From the NCBI GenBank assembly GCA_964016885.1, contig OZ024741.1, positions 162,998,001 through 163,062,000 on the forward strand: a stretch of 64,000 nt of DNA. Direction: 5' to 3'. Under the pieces are notes generated by a model, which saw only the letters and a list, made by a program, of their open reading frames with translations, did no database searches and was not told the origin of the DNA. The translations under genes and the position numbers were made by a program. This document shows, piece by piece, positions 15,792-27,049 of the stretch. Numbering within the stretch: position 1 is the first letter of the stretch; the number at the start of each line of letters is the position of its first letter. Source of the DNA: Eledone cirrhosa. Its lineage: Eukaryota.

Positions 15792-18700
15792 ATGGAGACT
15801 AGAACGTCATGTGACAGACTCTCACCCAACAGGTGCCCCCTGGCTCAGCAGCAGGAACCTGACTGTCAACCAAATACTGCTGATGTTGGAGGTAGAAGAA
15901 GAAGGAAAGGGGCCAGAACCAACTGGACGAAAGAATTGAATAGAACTGTTATGCAATGCTACCTGAAAAGTAACCCCAAGGAGAGGGGCTACAGGAGACG
16001 GATGCATAACATCTGGAACGAGATTGGTTTATTTAAATTAGATGAACAAAAATTGGCCGGGCAGGCTCGGGTAATAAGAACTAATGGGTGGATAAGCGAG
16101 CTGGAACTGGAGGAACTGAGCAGAGAGAATGGCTTGGAGATGGCGGGTGTAGTATGCCAGACAAGCGAGCCGGCGGGAAATGAAGGTGAGGAGGTCCTGA
16201 GAACGGAGGAACCACCCGAAGCAGACAATGATCTGAATACTGAGATAAATAATACCTGGAACAGAGATACGGCCACTGAGGAGATGAATGCTGACGGGCT
16301 AGGACAAGATTCGGTTGACATCCTAAATTTAGTGGTAGATGAGTTGAACAATGATAGTGGGAGACCTATGAACCTAAGATTTGTAGACAGGAAAAAGTTA
16401 AAAGAAACAACAGCTAAGGTAAACAAAGTCATCCCATACCTTGAGGCGAGGAGTCTTCACCAGTGCAACAATATCCTCAAAGCAACAGCAAATACGGTGA
16501 GGAAACTACTTGGTATAAAAGCGAGAGGAAACAACAGACAAGAAAGAGCAGAGCCGTGGTGGAAGAAGCGACTGAGTGGGCAAATCGAGGAAATGAGAAA
16601 TGACATAGGAAAGCTTGAGTCACTACTGAATGGGACACTAAAAAACATAGGCACTAAAAATAGACTGGAAATAAAATACAAAACTAGGAGTAAAAAGCTA
16701 AATATTATCATAGAGGAATTGAAGCAACGCATTGTAGCAAAGAGTGCCAAAATCAGGCGATACGAGAACAGAGTCAGTCAGTATAAACAGAACCGCATGT
16801 TCGACAACAACCAGAAGATGCTGTTTGGACAGCTTGAGGGGAAAGAAAGAGGCAACGACTTGATCCCTGGGGCGGAACAAGCTAAAACATTCTGGAGAGG
16901 AATATGGGAGCAGGATGTTAGACACAATGCCCAGGCAGGGTGGATTGAGACAGTACAGAGGGAGATCGGTGAGCAGGCACAGCAACAGACTGATTTGAGT
17001 ATCACAGTTGAAACTCTTAAGGGGCAAGCCAAAAAACTAACCAACTGGAAATCACCAGGCCCAGATGGTGTGCAGGGGTATTGGATTAAACATTTAACAT
17101 CCCTCCACCCGAAGCTGACGGCCATGTTCAATGACTGCTTGGTGTCGGGTGAGGTGCCAGAGTGGTTGACAAAAGGTACCACAGTTCTGATAATGAAAGA
17201 CCGAATCAAGGGTAATGATGTTACCAACTATAGACCTATCACATGTCTGCCCGTAATGTGGAAACTGTTGACGAGCATTGTGTCTGAGGAAATCTACCAT
17301 CACCTCCACACAAACAACTTGTTGCCGGACGAACAGAAAGGATGCCGAAAGAAGTCACGTGGTACAAAGGACCAGTTGCTTATTGATAAGATGGTAATGG
17401 GGAATTGCAGGAGGAGACACACTGATCTTGCCATGGGATGGATAGACTACAGAAAGGCATTTGACATGGTGCCTCATTCCTGGATCACCAAAAGCCTGGA
17501 GATCTTCAGGGTGGCAGATAACATCAGACAGTTGCTGGGCAGGAGTATGGGGTCCTGGGAGACAGAGTTGACATCAACTGGAGTATCCATGGGAAGCGTG
17601 AAGATCAAGAGAGGTATCTTCCAGGGAGATAGCCTGTCCCCTCTGTTGTTTGTCCTTGCCCTGATGCCCTTGACCATTATGCTGCGAAAAGTGAGAGCAG
17701 GATACAAGTTGGGAAGGGGAGAGCTTACCATCAATCACCTCCTCTTCATGGACGATCTTAAGCTCTTCGGGAAAAGTGAGAAGGAGTTGGATGTGCTTGT
17801 TGACACTGTCCGTATTTTCAGCAGTGATATATGTATGCAGTTTGGTATTGGTAAATGTGGAGTCATTGTGATGAGGAGGGGTAGGTTGAGCAGAAGTAAC
17901 GGGATCCAGATACCAACAGGTGAGATGATAAAGGAAATTGACTCTGAGGAAGGATACAAGTATTTGGGCGTTCTGGAGGCTGATGGCATAAAGAACAAAA
18001 CAATGAAGGAATTGTTAAGAACTGAATACATTCGGAGAGTAAGGAGCGTATTGAAGTCACATCTGAACAGCAGAAATGCCATAAGCGCAGTAAATTCCCG
18101 AGCTGTGTCTATTATTAGGTACAGTGCGGGAATCCTGAGATGGAATGTTGCTGAACAAAAAGAAATGGATAGGAAGACTAGGAAGCTATTGACTATCTAC
18201 AACATGTTCCACAAGAGGAGTGATGTCGATAGACTCTACCTAAGGAGATCTGAGGGTGGAAGAGGTCTTATCAGCATAGAGGACTGTGTTCAGATGGAGA
18301 AAAACAACCTATACAAATACGTGACCTATAGTAAGGAGCCAATGCTCAGAGCTGTACTGAAGGAGGGGACAGTAGGCCAGGGGATACCCAAGGAGGAAAT
18401 AACATCAAGGAGGAAGAGCAGCCTTAAGGGAAAATCCCTTCATAGTACCTTCTTTGAGAAAACTGAATTTAGAGATCCACAGACATGGAACTGGTTGAGA
18501 AGAGGAGACCTCAAAAAGGCTACAGAAGGAATGCTAATGGCTGCGCAGGAGCAGGCCCTCAAAACGAAGTGGTTGAAGCACCATATCTACAAGGAGGAGG
18601 CTAGCCCACTGTGCAGGATCTGTGGAGAGAGAGAGGAGACTGTGGCTCACATTGTGTCCGAGTGTAAACACCTAGCCCAGACCCACTATAAGGGCTGGAG

Positions 18701-19184
18701 ACACGATGTGATGGGCAGGGTGATCCACTGGCACCTGTGCAAAGTAAACAATCTACCACACTCTGAGAAATGGTATGAGCATAGGCCAGAGGCGGTGATG
18801 GAGAACAGTCAGGTGAAGGTGCTGTGGGATTTTAGGATACAGACGGACAAAAAACTGGAACACAATAGACCTGACCTGGTGGTTGTGGACAAAGAAAAAA
18901 GATCGTGCCTGATTGTGGATGTGGTCTGCCCGTTCGACACGAGAGTGCAAGAGAAGGAGAGGGAGAAAATTAACCGATACCAGGACCTAAAGTGGGAGGT
19001 GAAAAGGATTTGGAACTGCCATGAAGTCAAAGTGATCCCGATTGTCATAGGCGCACTGGGGACTATCTCCAAAGGTTTCCAGGGATGGTTAAAGAAAATC
19101 GGCCCCTTCACGCTTTTTGGAACGCTTCAAAAGGCATGCTTGCTTGGAACGGCAAGAACCCTCCGATACGTCCTGAATATCTGA
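15792..19184 (+). CDS. Reverse transcriptase + CCHC zinc knuckle + restriction-like endonuclease (R4/Dong-type ORF, 1130 aa, intact)
   Basis: RT motifs KSPGPDG, NYRPITCL, EQKGCR, WIDYRKAFDMVPH, GIFQGDSLSPLLF, HLLFMDDLKL and YKYLG; GGRGL; CRICG...ETVAHIVSEC; RHD; RPDLVV...DV (PD-D/ExK); PIVIGALG. No APE domain. Confidence 0.96.
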   Translation: METRTSCDRLSPNRCPLAQQQEPDCQPNTADVGGRRRRKGARTNWTKELNRTVMQCYLKSNPKERGYRRRMHNIWNEIGLFKLDEQKLAGQARVIRTNGWISELELEELSRENGLEMAGVVCQTSEPAGNEGEEVLRTEEPPEADNDLNTEINNTWNRDTATEEMNADGLGQDSVDILNLVVDELNNDSGRPMNLRFVDRKKLKETTAKVNKVIPYLEARSLHQCNNILKATANTVRKLLGIKARGNNRQERAEPWWKKRLSGQIEEMRNDIGKLESLLNGTLKNIGTKNRLEIKYKTRSKKLNIIIEELKQRIVAKSAKIRRYENRVSQYKQNRMFDNNQKMLFGQLEGKERGNDLIPGAEQAKTFWRGIWEQDVRHNAQAGWIETVQREIGEQAQQQTDLSITVETLKGQAKKLTNWKSPGPDGVQGYWIKHLTSLHPKLTAMFNDCLVSGEVPEWLTKGTTVLIMKDRIKGNDVTNYRPITCLPVMWKLLTSIVSEEIYHHLHTNNLLPDEQKGCRKKSRGTKDQLLIDKMVMGNCRRRHTDLAMGWIDYRKAFDMVPHSWITKSLEIFRVADNIRQLLGRSMGSWETELTSTGVSMGSVKIKRGIFQGDSLSPLLFVLALMPLTIMLRKVRAGYKLGRGELTINHLLFMDDLKLFGKSEKELDVLVDTVRIFSSDICMQFGIGKCGVIVMRRGRLSRSNGIQIPTGEMIKEIDSEEGYKYLGVLEADGIKNKTMKELLRTEYIRRVRSVLKSHLNSRNAISAVNSRAVSIIRYSAGILRWNVAEQKEMDRKTRKLLTIYNMFHKRSDVDRLYLRRSEGGRGLISIEDCVQMEKNNLYKYVTYSKEPMLRAVLKEGTVGQGIPKEEITSRRKSSLKGKSLHSTFFEKTEFRDPQTWNWLRRGDLKKATEGMLMAAQEQALKTKWLKHHIYKEEASPLCRICGEREETVAHIVSECKHLAQTHYKGWRHDVMGRVIHWHLCKVNNLPHSEKWYEHRPEAVMENSQVKVLWDFRIQTDKKLEHNRPDLVVVDKEKRSCLIVDVVCPFDTRVQEKEREKINRYQDLKWEVKRIWNCHEVKVIPIVIGALGTISKGFQGWLKKIGPFTLFGTLQKACLLGTARTLRYVLNI

Positions 19185-19305
19185 GGCTGCAGGTAGTGGC
19201 TTGATATTCAATCCAACGGACTTTCCAGTTAACCAACATCAATGACTGAGATTCAAGGAATAACAATAACAATAATAATAATAATAATAATAGTAATAAT
19301 AATAA

Positions 19306-19686
19306 ATTTGAAGACTAAAATCCAAAGAGGGCTCGATAAGGATAAATATATATCAAATATATAAGAACCGTAGAGCAAATATTTATTAAAATAACAGGTT
19401 AAAGTTTAAGCAAAGTATCGCTGCTTTCCCCCTTAACGGGATCTTCTGAAACTAGCAAAGTCAATCTGTAAACGCAGAAGTGAATATTTCAAAAAACGTT
19501 GCAACCGGAGGAAGACAGGAAGACGATACTTTGGTTCGTGGTAACGTTCCCTGTCTTCCTCCGGTTGCAACGCTTTTTGAAATATTCACTTCTGCGTTTA
19601 CACATTGACTTTGTTAGTTTCAGAAGATCCCGTTAAGGGTGAAAGCAGTGATTCTTTGCTTAAAGTTTAATCTGTTATTTTAATAA

Positions 19687-19690
<4 letters not shown>
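19306..19690. mobile_element. Fold-back copy of the 'CAGAAGA' family directly after the Dong tail
   Basis: About 19378-19523 and 19550-19691 are inverted repeats. Hammerhead-like folds at 19403-19453(-) and 19616-19666(+). Confidence 0.75.
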
Positions 19691-19778
<88 letters not shown>

Positions 19779-20316
19779 CGAAGGAAATGTGGTAAGGAAC
19801 CAGATCGATCATAACGCACCAAAATACTTCATTTATATATGATTATTGTGTGACGGGGTGTTACATGTAATACATAACTCTCTTTTGCTTCTCCTTTCTA
19901 TTTCTATTTTTCTGCGCACATACTTTTTTATCATATACAAAAAATACCTTACCACTGCAACCTCCATAATACTCTTGCTTACCCACATAAAGTGCTTGTA
20001 TTACATGTAACACCCTGCCACACAATAATCATATATAAATGAGACACACATAACTAACGCATACAATAACTACTACATCTGACTAACAAACTATCCTCTT
20101 GCATTATCTATGTTAACTGCCGAATGTATTTTAATTTTGTTTTCATTTTAATTTTGTTGTAAATTTGATATTGATCTTGACTTTGAATTTGAATTGCTAT
20201 ACGGAAGTAATATAATATAATATATGTCACTCCACTGTACATCAATATATAAATATGTATCTGTATGTCTCTTGCATTGGAAATGAGGTCAATCATGTGT
20301 ACAAACATTGAAAAAT

Positions 20317-20361
20317 GCTCCGAAGATTCCAAGCCTAGGTTTGGATGAAACAATTGTAAGT
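20317..20361 (+). ncRNA. Minimal type-I hammerhead fold (CCGAAGA core variant)
   Basis: GCT-CCGAAGA-t-TCCAAGCC ta GGTTTGGA-t-GAAA-CAATTG-TA-AGT, followed by AATAAA. Helix III is palindromic, but helix I is only 3 bp. Confidence 0.6.
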
Positions 20362-20558
20362 TAATAAATGCTTTGAACATAGCTTTGATTCTTGTGAATT
20401 CTATATAACTGCTCTGTAGAACAACTGATGTTATTACATTGAGCTATTTATCTTACTGGTAATAAGGTAGTAATTAATTACTGACCTTCACTGTTTAGGG
20501 CTGAAAATATATATAACTATACAAAGTTTTAGTATATACATAACCATAAATAGTATCC

Positions 20559-20636
<78 letters not shown>

Positions 20637-21259
20637 GGATACTATTTATGGTTATGTATATATATGAAAGACGTAAAATAAGAAAATTTTAAAAATTAAA
20701 AATCAACTTACTTACTAAAATGTTCACTCCAACTAATTAGTTTCTGTAAGGGGATAATATAGTTACATAATATAACTATAGAGAATTCCTTACGTCATCT
20801 GGGAGTCTATTCTCAGCTAAGTTCCCAGGCGATGCGCGGACACTAGGAACCCATATAAAAATAATAATTCAGTGGATGGGATAAAGCTAGCGAGGACTAA
20901 ATTCCAGAGCACTGAAAAAATTCACTGCCTCTGCTCAGTGGCAGATTCTAAAGAATCAATCACGTGACACCGAGGTTAATCAGTTAGGAGCGGGGTGGTA
21001 TTATGACAAGAGCCTACTACTACCATGAATCAGCAGTAAATTTTGGCAAGTTTTGCTCAACAAATAATTTGAAGATAAATATAGAGAATTAGTACATCTA
21101 CCAACATATGTGTACAGATGTACACCCATGCTAGCAGATATATATGTTATGTCTTAGTACCTTTGTAGTTCTATGCAGGGGCATGCAGAACAATTATATG
21201 AAAGACGTAAAATAAGAAAATTTTAAAAATTAAAAATCAACTTACTTACTAAAATTTTC

Positions 21260-21341
21260 ACTCCAACTAATTAGTTTCTGTAAGGGAATAAATATAGTTA
21301 CATAATATAACTATAGAGAATTCCTTACGTCATCAGGGAGT
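21260..21341 (-). ncRNA. Type-I hammerhead ribozyme
   Basis: Same fold as 21850-21931 with an intact CTGATGA. The sister copy at 20726-20806 has CAGATGA, and there is another copy at 39069-39150. Confidence 0.8.
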
Positions 21342-21849
21342 CTATTCTCAGCTAAGTTCCCAGGCGATGCGCGGACACTAGGAAACCATATAAAAATAAT
21401 AATTCAGTGGATGGGATAAAGCTAGAACTACAAAGGTACTAAGACATAACATATATATCTGCTAGCATAAATAACATATATATCTGCTAGCATGGGTGTA
21501 CATAAATAACATATATATCTGCTAGCATGGGTGTACATCTGTACACATATGTTGGTAGATGTACTAATTCTCTATATTTATCTCCAAATTATTTGTTGAG
21601 CAAAACTTGCCAACATTTACTGCTGATTCATGGTAGTAGTAGGCTCTTGTCATAATACCACCCCGCTCCTAACTGATTAACCTCAGTGTCACGTGATTGA
21701 TTCTTTAGAATCTGCCACTGACCAGAGGCAGTGAATTTTTTCAGTGCTCTGGAATTTAGTCCTCGCTAGCTTTATCCCATCCACTGAATTATTATTTTTA
21801 TATGGGTTCCTAGTGTCCGCGCATTGACTGGGAACTTAGCTGAGAATAG

Positions 21850-21931
21850 ACTCCCTGATGACGTAAGGAATTCTCTATAGTTATATTATGTAACTATATT
21901 TATCCCCTTACAGAAACTAATTAGTTGGAGT
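21850..21931 (+). ncRNA. Type-I hammerhead ribozyme, palindromic helix III, GUU site
   Basis: ACTCC-CTGATGA-c-GTAAGG...TATAGTTA tattatg TAACTATA...CCTTAC-a-GAAA-CTAATTAG-TT-GGAGT. Confidence 0.82.
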
Positions 21932-22098
21932 GAAAATTTTAGTAAGTTGATTTTTAATTTTTAAAATTTTCTTATTTTACGTCTTTCATATAATTGGTCT
22001 GCATCCCCCTGCATAGAACCACAAAGGTACTAAGACATAACATATATATCTGCTAGCATGGGTGTAGATCTGTACACATATGTTGGTAGATGTACTAA

Positions 22099-22135
<37 letters not shown>

Positions 22136-22210
22136 ACGGAGGAAATGTGGTAAGGAACCAGGTGGACCATAACGCACCAAAGTACTCAATACTTAGTGTA
22201 GTAGAGTGGG

Positions 22211-22289
<79 letters not shown>

Positions 22290-22679
22290 GGTTATGACTT
22301 CTTTGTAATCCTATGTTCCTGTGTCAAAAGTCGATAACCTTTTGTTTCAAAGTAATGAAAAGACATTAAGTTGTTTTAGTTCTTGCAAAAGTTCACCCCG
22401 AACTGAAAATTTGATTTTACTATATACGCCATAAAGGTAAAAAAATTAACATACATCAGAAGCTTTACTTTTCAATTTGCTAATGAGGTAATTGGATAGT
22501 ACTTATCTAATTTTAACTCATTTAACAGTTTATAGCAATAGCATAACATACAAATTAGAAATAAGCAAACAATTGCAAACTTATATATAAACTTAGAAAC
22601 TTACATCTACAAGTAAGAATAGCTATATAAAGAAAAAAAGTGTAATATTTAGCATAATATACAATTATTGTGTTTTGCT

Positions 22680-23400
22680 AGACTAGATAAATCTAAGCTG
22701 AATCTCTTTCTTTTTATAGATGTCATAAATATCTTGAAGGCACTTGATTGCTCGTTCCTCACACTCGTTCCTCGTTCTGGGAATTTTGAGTCTCGATGGA
22801 TCAGGTTTCCAAAACGTTTTCACAGAGTTTAATGCTATTTTATGAAGCTTTAAACTGTTACATATCTTTTGATAATTATTTGCATTGTAGATTTGGTCAA
22901 TAAACCAATGGCCCGCCCATATGTAAGAGAAAATCTACACATTTCGAGGAGCGAGTCTCCTTTCTCTGGTAGAAGAATAAAAGCCAAAAGAGCTTGTATT
23001 GCTCTACAATTCCAACTTGCATTTTTTGAAACTTCACTTTCGGAAATATTCCAGTTTCTTCGAAAAAGTGGAAAACTCGAAATAGAAATGTCATATCATT
23101 ACACTATCCCGCTGCTTCAGTAATCTCTTTTTTTACCATACTTGAAATTATTCATGAACTGTTCGTAGTTATTTACAAGTTTACGGATAAACGGATATTC
23201 GATATTAGACGTGATGTTCTTTTCTCCAAGTTCGCAAAGCACTCGGTCAAGAACATGATGGTGACAGTCAAATGAATTGTGGTTCTTCCAGTTTCCTTTG
23301 AGCAAATAGTTTTTGTAAATGAATAACAATCCCATTCCTTCTCCCAGTGTTCACATTCGTAGTATCCGCTTTTCCATTTGGTCGACTTAATGCTTCTAAC
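22680..23400 (-). pseudogene. hAT-superfamily-like DDE transposase remnant
   Basis: Frameshifted ADTTNVNTGRRNGIV...DCHHHVLDRVL (CxxH)...NASWNCRAIQALLAFILLPE...IPRT..EERAIKCLQD. Possible terminus CAGGGTT at 22287. Confidence 0.65.
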
Positions 23401-23567
23401 TTCACTTCTCTTCTTATATTCTTCAAATTTACCACATGCTATACTTGACCATCAACTCGTTTACCATCCAAATGCAATAACCAATTTTCTGATGTAGTGT
23501 TTTCTTCATATATGTGGTATATATATATATATATGTGTGCGTGGTATATATATATATGTGTGCGTGG

Positions 23568-23598
<31 letters not shown>

Positions 23599-23748
23599 TT
23601 TGAGTATATGTTGGTTGTTTACCGACACCTCAGTATGCAGATTGGAGCACTCGAAGAAGTACGCAGGTTGGTTTGGTTACTCCGGAGTAATGTAAAATAA
23701 AGTAATTAAGTCAAATATTCAAGATTTGGCTTCGTTTATTAAAGATGT

Positions 23749-23803
23749 ACTGCTATATATATTTCGGTGACAGCCATCATTGGCTGTGACCTCTCCAGGC
23801 AGT
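23749..23803 (-). ncRNA. Type-I hammerhead fold with core substitution (CTGGAGA)
   Basis: ACTGC-CTGGAGA-GGTcACAGCC aatgat GGCTGTcACC-GAAA-TATATA-TA-GCAGT. It lies downstream of the Penelope-like ORF remnant on the same strand. Confidence 0.7.
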
Positions 23804-25138
23804 TCGAATTGGTGTGGTAGAGACAGGTACACATGTTGTTAAAGTGTTTTACTCCGTCAATACTCTGATACGTCTAGCTCCTGGTTGGGTTGTTATTTCT
23901 CTGAGGAACTGGAATCATATAAATTCGAACAAACGAATTTCGGCATCATAGGACACTCTCTCCTCCCATTGGTCAGTTGTGAGAACATTCCTCAGTCAAA
24001 AGTGTATAGAAATTTTTTTCTGAGGCAAGACAATCTGTTGTGGTTGTTTTTGTTAAGTACACCTGACCTCCTCCCTTGTGTTTATTGGTGTTAGGGGGTC
24101 AGCTGGCAGTCAGCCTTAGTTCTACTGCTGCTGTCTTTAGAAGAATGAGTGTGTGTGGGTTGGCATCAATCCTACCACCCTTTCACGTGGTGGTGGGGGG
24201 GGGGGGGGGTACCAAACAGATAATTGTTTCTACTTTAGGCACAAGGCCAGCAATTATTCAGTGCATTACTGGTACTTTATTTTATCGACCCCGTAAGGAT
24301 GAAAGGCAAGGTCAACCTCGGCGGGATTTGAACTCAGATCGTAAAGGGACGTAACTATAGATAATGGAATCTTATAAGGTAAAATGAAGAAATACAATAT
24401 TAAAAAATAAGATAAAATAAATAATAAAATAATAAAATAATAAGATACGATACAATAAAATGAAGAAGTAAAAAAAAAAAAAAATGAATAAAATAGAATA
24501 AAATGAGTGTTTGTTATAGCTAATATCAAATATCAAAGAAGAATAAGGTGCGTGTGTGTTATAGCCAATATTAAAGTTTGAAAGATTTGGAAAATATTGA
24601 CTGAAGTAGAAAGGCTATGTGTCAGAATCGGGAAATGCAAAGGATTACGATCTTTACACTATCATGGGTTGGTGCGTTTTAAGAGCAAATGAGGCAAGAG
24701 TGGAGTGTAAAACACCATAACCTGAGTGTCAAAATCCGGAAATGCAGAGGACTACAGTTTTTAATTCGGCATAGAGTACATATGCGTGTATGTCAACCCA
24801 CATCGTTGCAAGCCCACACGCACCAACACGGGCCCAGGTGCATCCCATATTCACAAACACCCACACACACACAGATTATACAAACACACACACATATATA
24901 TATATGTATATATATACTCGCACACACACGCACACACACACACATACACAAACACACACACACACACGCACACACACACATATGTAAGTATCAGTGCATG
25001 TACAATCTTAAATAACAGGATCTATGTATGGACATATGCATAAGTCTGTGCTGCCATAGGAGTCGATCGAGGCAAGGGTAGGGTTGGTGAAAGTGTAGGG
25101 GGTGGTTTACAGTGGGCTCGGTGTGGCGGGGCTACTCT

Positions 25139-25430
25139 CCCTATAGCTTGAGGGAAGTTCCCTTCCCAATGCGTTGTTGTTGTCCATATAACTAGAGGAA
25201 GGTCCCGGCCCTGAGGTGTCTACATGTCCCGAGGAAGTCCCTATAGTTTGAGGGAAGTTCCCATCCCAAAGTGTTGTTATTGTTCATATAGCTTCAGGAA
25301 GGTCCGCGCCTGGGGTGTCTACATGTCCCGGAGAAGTCCCTATAGCTTGAGGGAAGTTCCCCTCCAAGTGTGTTGTTATTGTCCATATAGCTTGTGGAAG
25401 GTCCAGGCCCTGAGGTGTCTACATGTCACG
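25139..25430. repeat. About 99-bp unit x3 at the 3' end of the Penelope-like ORF
   Basis: CCCTATAG(C/T)TTGAGGGAAGTTCCC starts at 25139, 25239 and 25338. Confidence 0.88.
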
Positions 25431-26103
25431 AAGAATTCAGTCCTGAGGTTTATCAGGCTGCTTCTCCGCTGAGTATCTCGAGGGTCTCGCTCAGACATAG
25501 TTTGCAGATGCCAGATACCCCTTTATCAGGTGGTACTTTCCTGATTTTGGACCAGGCCAGAGAGTACGAAGTCCTGTCCAGCTTGAGCTTCCAGATCAGT
25601 TCGGAAAGAGCCGTACTTTTCCTTTTGTCCTCCCTGTTAAAGGAATGGCGATGGTTATACTATCGGTCCTTAAAGCTCGTTCATGGGGCTCCTATGTAAA
25701 GGTGTTCAGAGTTGGAGTTTTTTACTCTACATCCGTATATTAAGTTCTTCCTTAGGCATTCATTAATAAGGGGGCATAATGCTGGGTTTCTGCAGTTGCA
25801 GGAGGTGGTCAACCTCCGCGTGACTAATGTGGGGTTCCCGTTACGTATTATATGGTGGTCCTCCTCCAGGCCCGGTGGGGGGTCCCTGGGTCTGTTTGGG
25901 TTACTGGGTCCACCCTTCTTTCCCCCCACATGGTTCTGCCGGGTGCCTATATTGCCAGCTTCCGGTTGTGTGTGGTTTTTAAGTCTACCCCTATTAATGC
26001 TAGCGATGTGCTGGGCCACATTTCGCGTGGTAGAATATGAGAGCTTTACAGTGTGTCTGTTGAAGATCTTGCGATATCTAGGGTCCTTCGGGAAGCATTT
26101 ATC
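25430..26103 (-). pseudogene. Penelope-like element: RT thumb/linker + GIY-YIG endonuclease remnant
   Basis: KIFNRHTVKLSYS...CNCRNPALCPLINECLRKNLIYGCRV...LYIGAP*TSFKDR*YNHRHSF...STALSELIWKLK...CKLCLSE, with in-frame stops. Confidence 0.88.
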
Positions 26104-26604
26104 TGATGAATCATGGGCTAATCATTTCTGTTAACAACCTATTTGGCGAAACAGATCTTTTTGGATTTGTACGTGTGTGTTAGATATTTATCGAGGTATG
26201 TATTTACACTTTAATTTATACTTTTAATTATTGCGTATCTACTCTGCCTTCCATGGGCTATAGATTCCATACACTGGTGGTTTTTCCCTGTTTGACTGAT
26301 GGCGCACAATCTCTCTCTCTAGTGTGTTATCTTTTCTACATATATATATATATATATAGGAAAAGAGTCAGGACCTCGACGGCTGAGCTCCGGCTGTTTC
26401 GATAGCTAACCTGCGGAGCCCAGCCGTTGGGGTCCTGACTATTTTCCTATTACCCACTCTACTACCCTAAGTATTGAGTACTCTGGTGCGTTATGGTCCA
26501 CCTAGTATATTACCACACCCTGTTTGTTACATACATACATATATGAACCTAATAAACTCATATTTGTACTGCCTCTCTGTTTTTGTTCCCGTCTAAGATT
26601 TAAC

Positions 26605-26663
<59 letters not shown>

Positions 26664-27049
26664 GTAGGAATGTTGTACAGTTGTGGTTTGATCCATAGGT
26701 ATCAGTTTTCGTTAGTTTTTTCAACGTTTTATGTAATGTCTTTTGGCAATCATGTGTAACTCCAAATTTTTTCGAACCCCTATTAATAACATAACAATAT
26801 AAACAAGTTGATGGAAAAAAGAATGAGCGAATGAAAAACAAAATTAAGCTATTCAGATCAATAAAGGAAATTTGTATGAAGATAGCAAATTTCGATTGAT
26901 ATTCATGATCCGTGTGTTCCTATTATCATTATCAAGAATTTTAAGTGATCGTCATATTAAAGGAATGCATAATAAAGTAAGCATGTTTTCATGGAATTCA
27001 AAACGTCAATAAAAAATGAAGATCAAATAGACCTTATAGCATAAGTAGT

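Larger units (their letters stand above)
14074..19260 (+). mobile_element. R4/Dong-clade non-LTR retrotransposon, apparently full length (5' boundary uncertain)
   Basis: Single RT+RLE ORF, a short 3' UTR with a TGAATATC...GATATTCA hairpin, ending in (AAT/AAC)n at 19259-19305, with (TAA)n upstream. Dong/R4 elements are known to target TAA repeats. Confidence 0.8.
20664..22103. mobile_element. About 534-bp hammerhead-bearing unit: 1.4 tandem copies (-) plus 1.2 inverted copies (+)
   Basis: GAAAGACGTAAAATAAG at about 20666 and 21200, with an inverted copy at about 21424-22103. A fourth partial copy lies at 39009-39254. All abut (TA)n. Confidence 0.85.

Noticed and set aside
15822-19111. Antisense ORFs over the Dong ORF, and plus-strand ORFs over the Tx1 element
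   Set aside because: These are shadow frames of real coding sequence.
25139-25430. Regular repeats resembling a CRISPR array
   Set aside because: Whole units are repeated with no unique spacers, there are no cas genes, and the context is eukaryotic.
25660-25690. In-frame TGA in the GIY-YIG remnant as possible selenocysteine
   Set aside because: It is not at an evident Cys position, TAG and TAA stops occur nearby, and I could not identify a SECIS.
26095-26165. CTGATGA...GAAACAGATCT at the Penelope-like truncation junction
   Set aside because: Helix I does not pair and helix II is weak; at most a decayed inverted pLTR.
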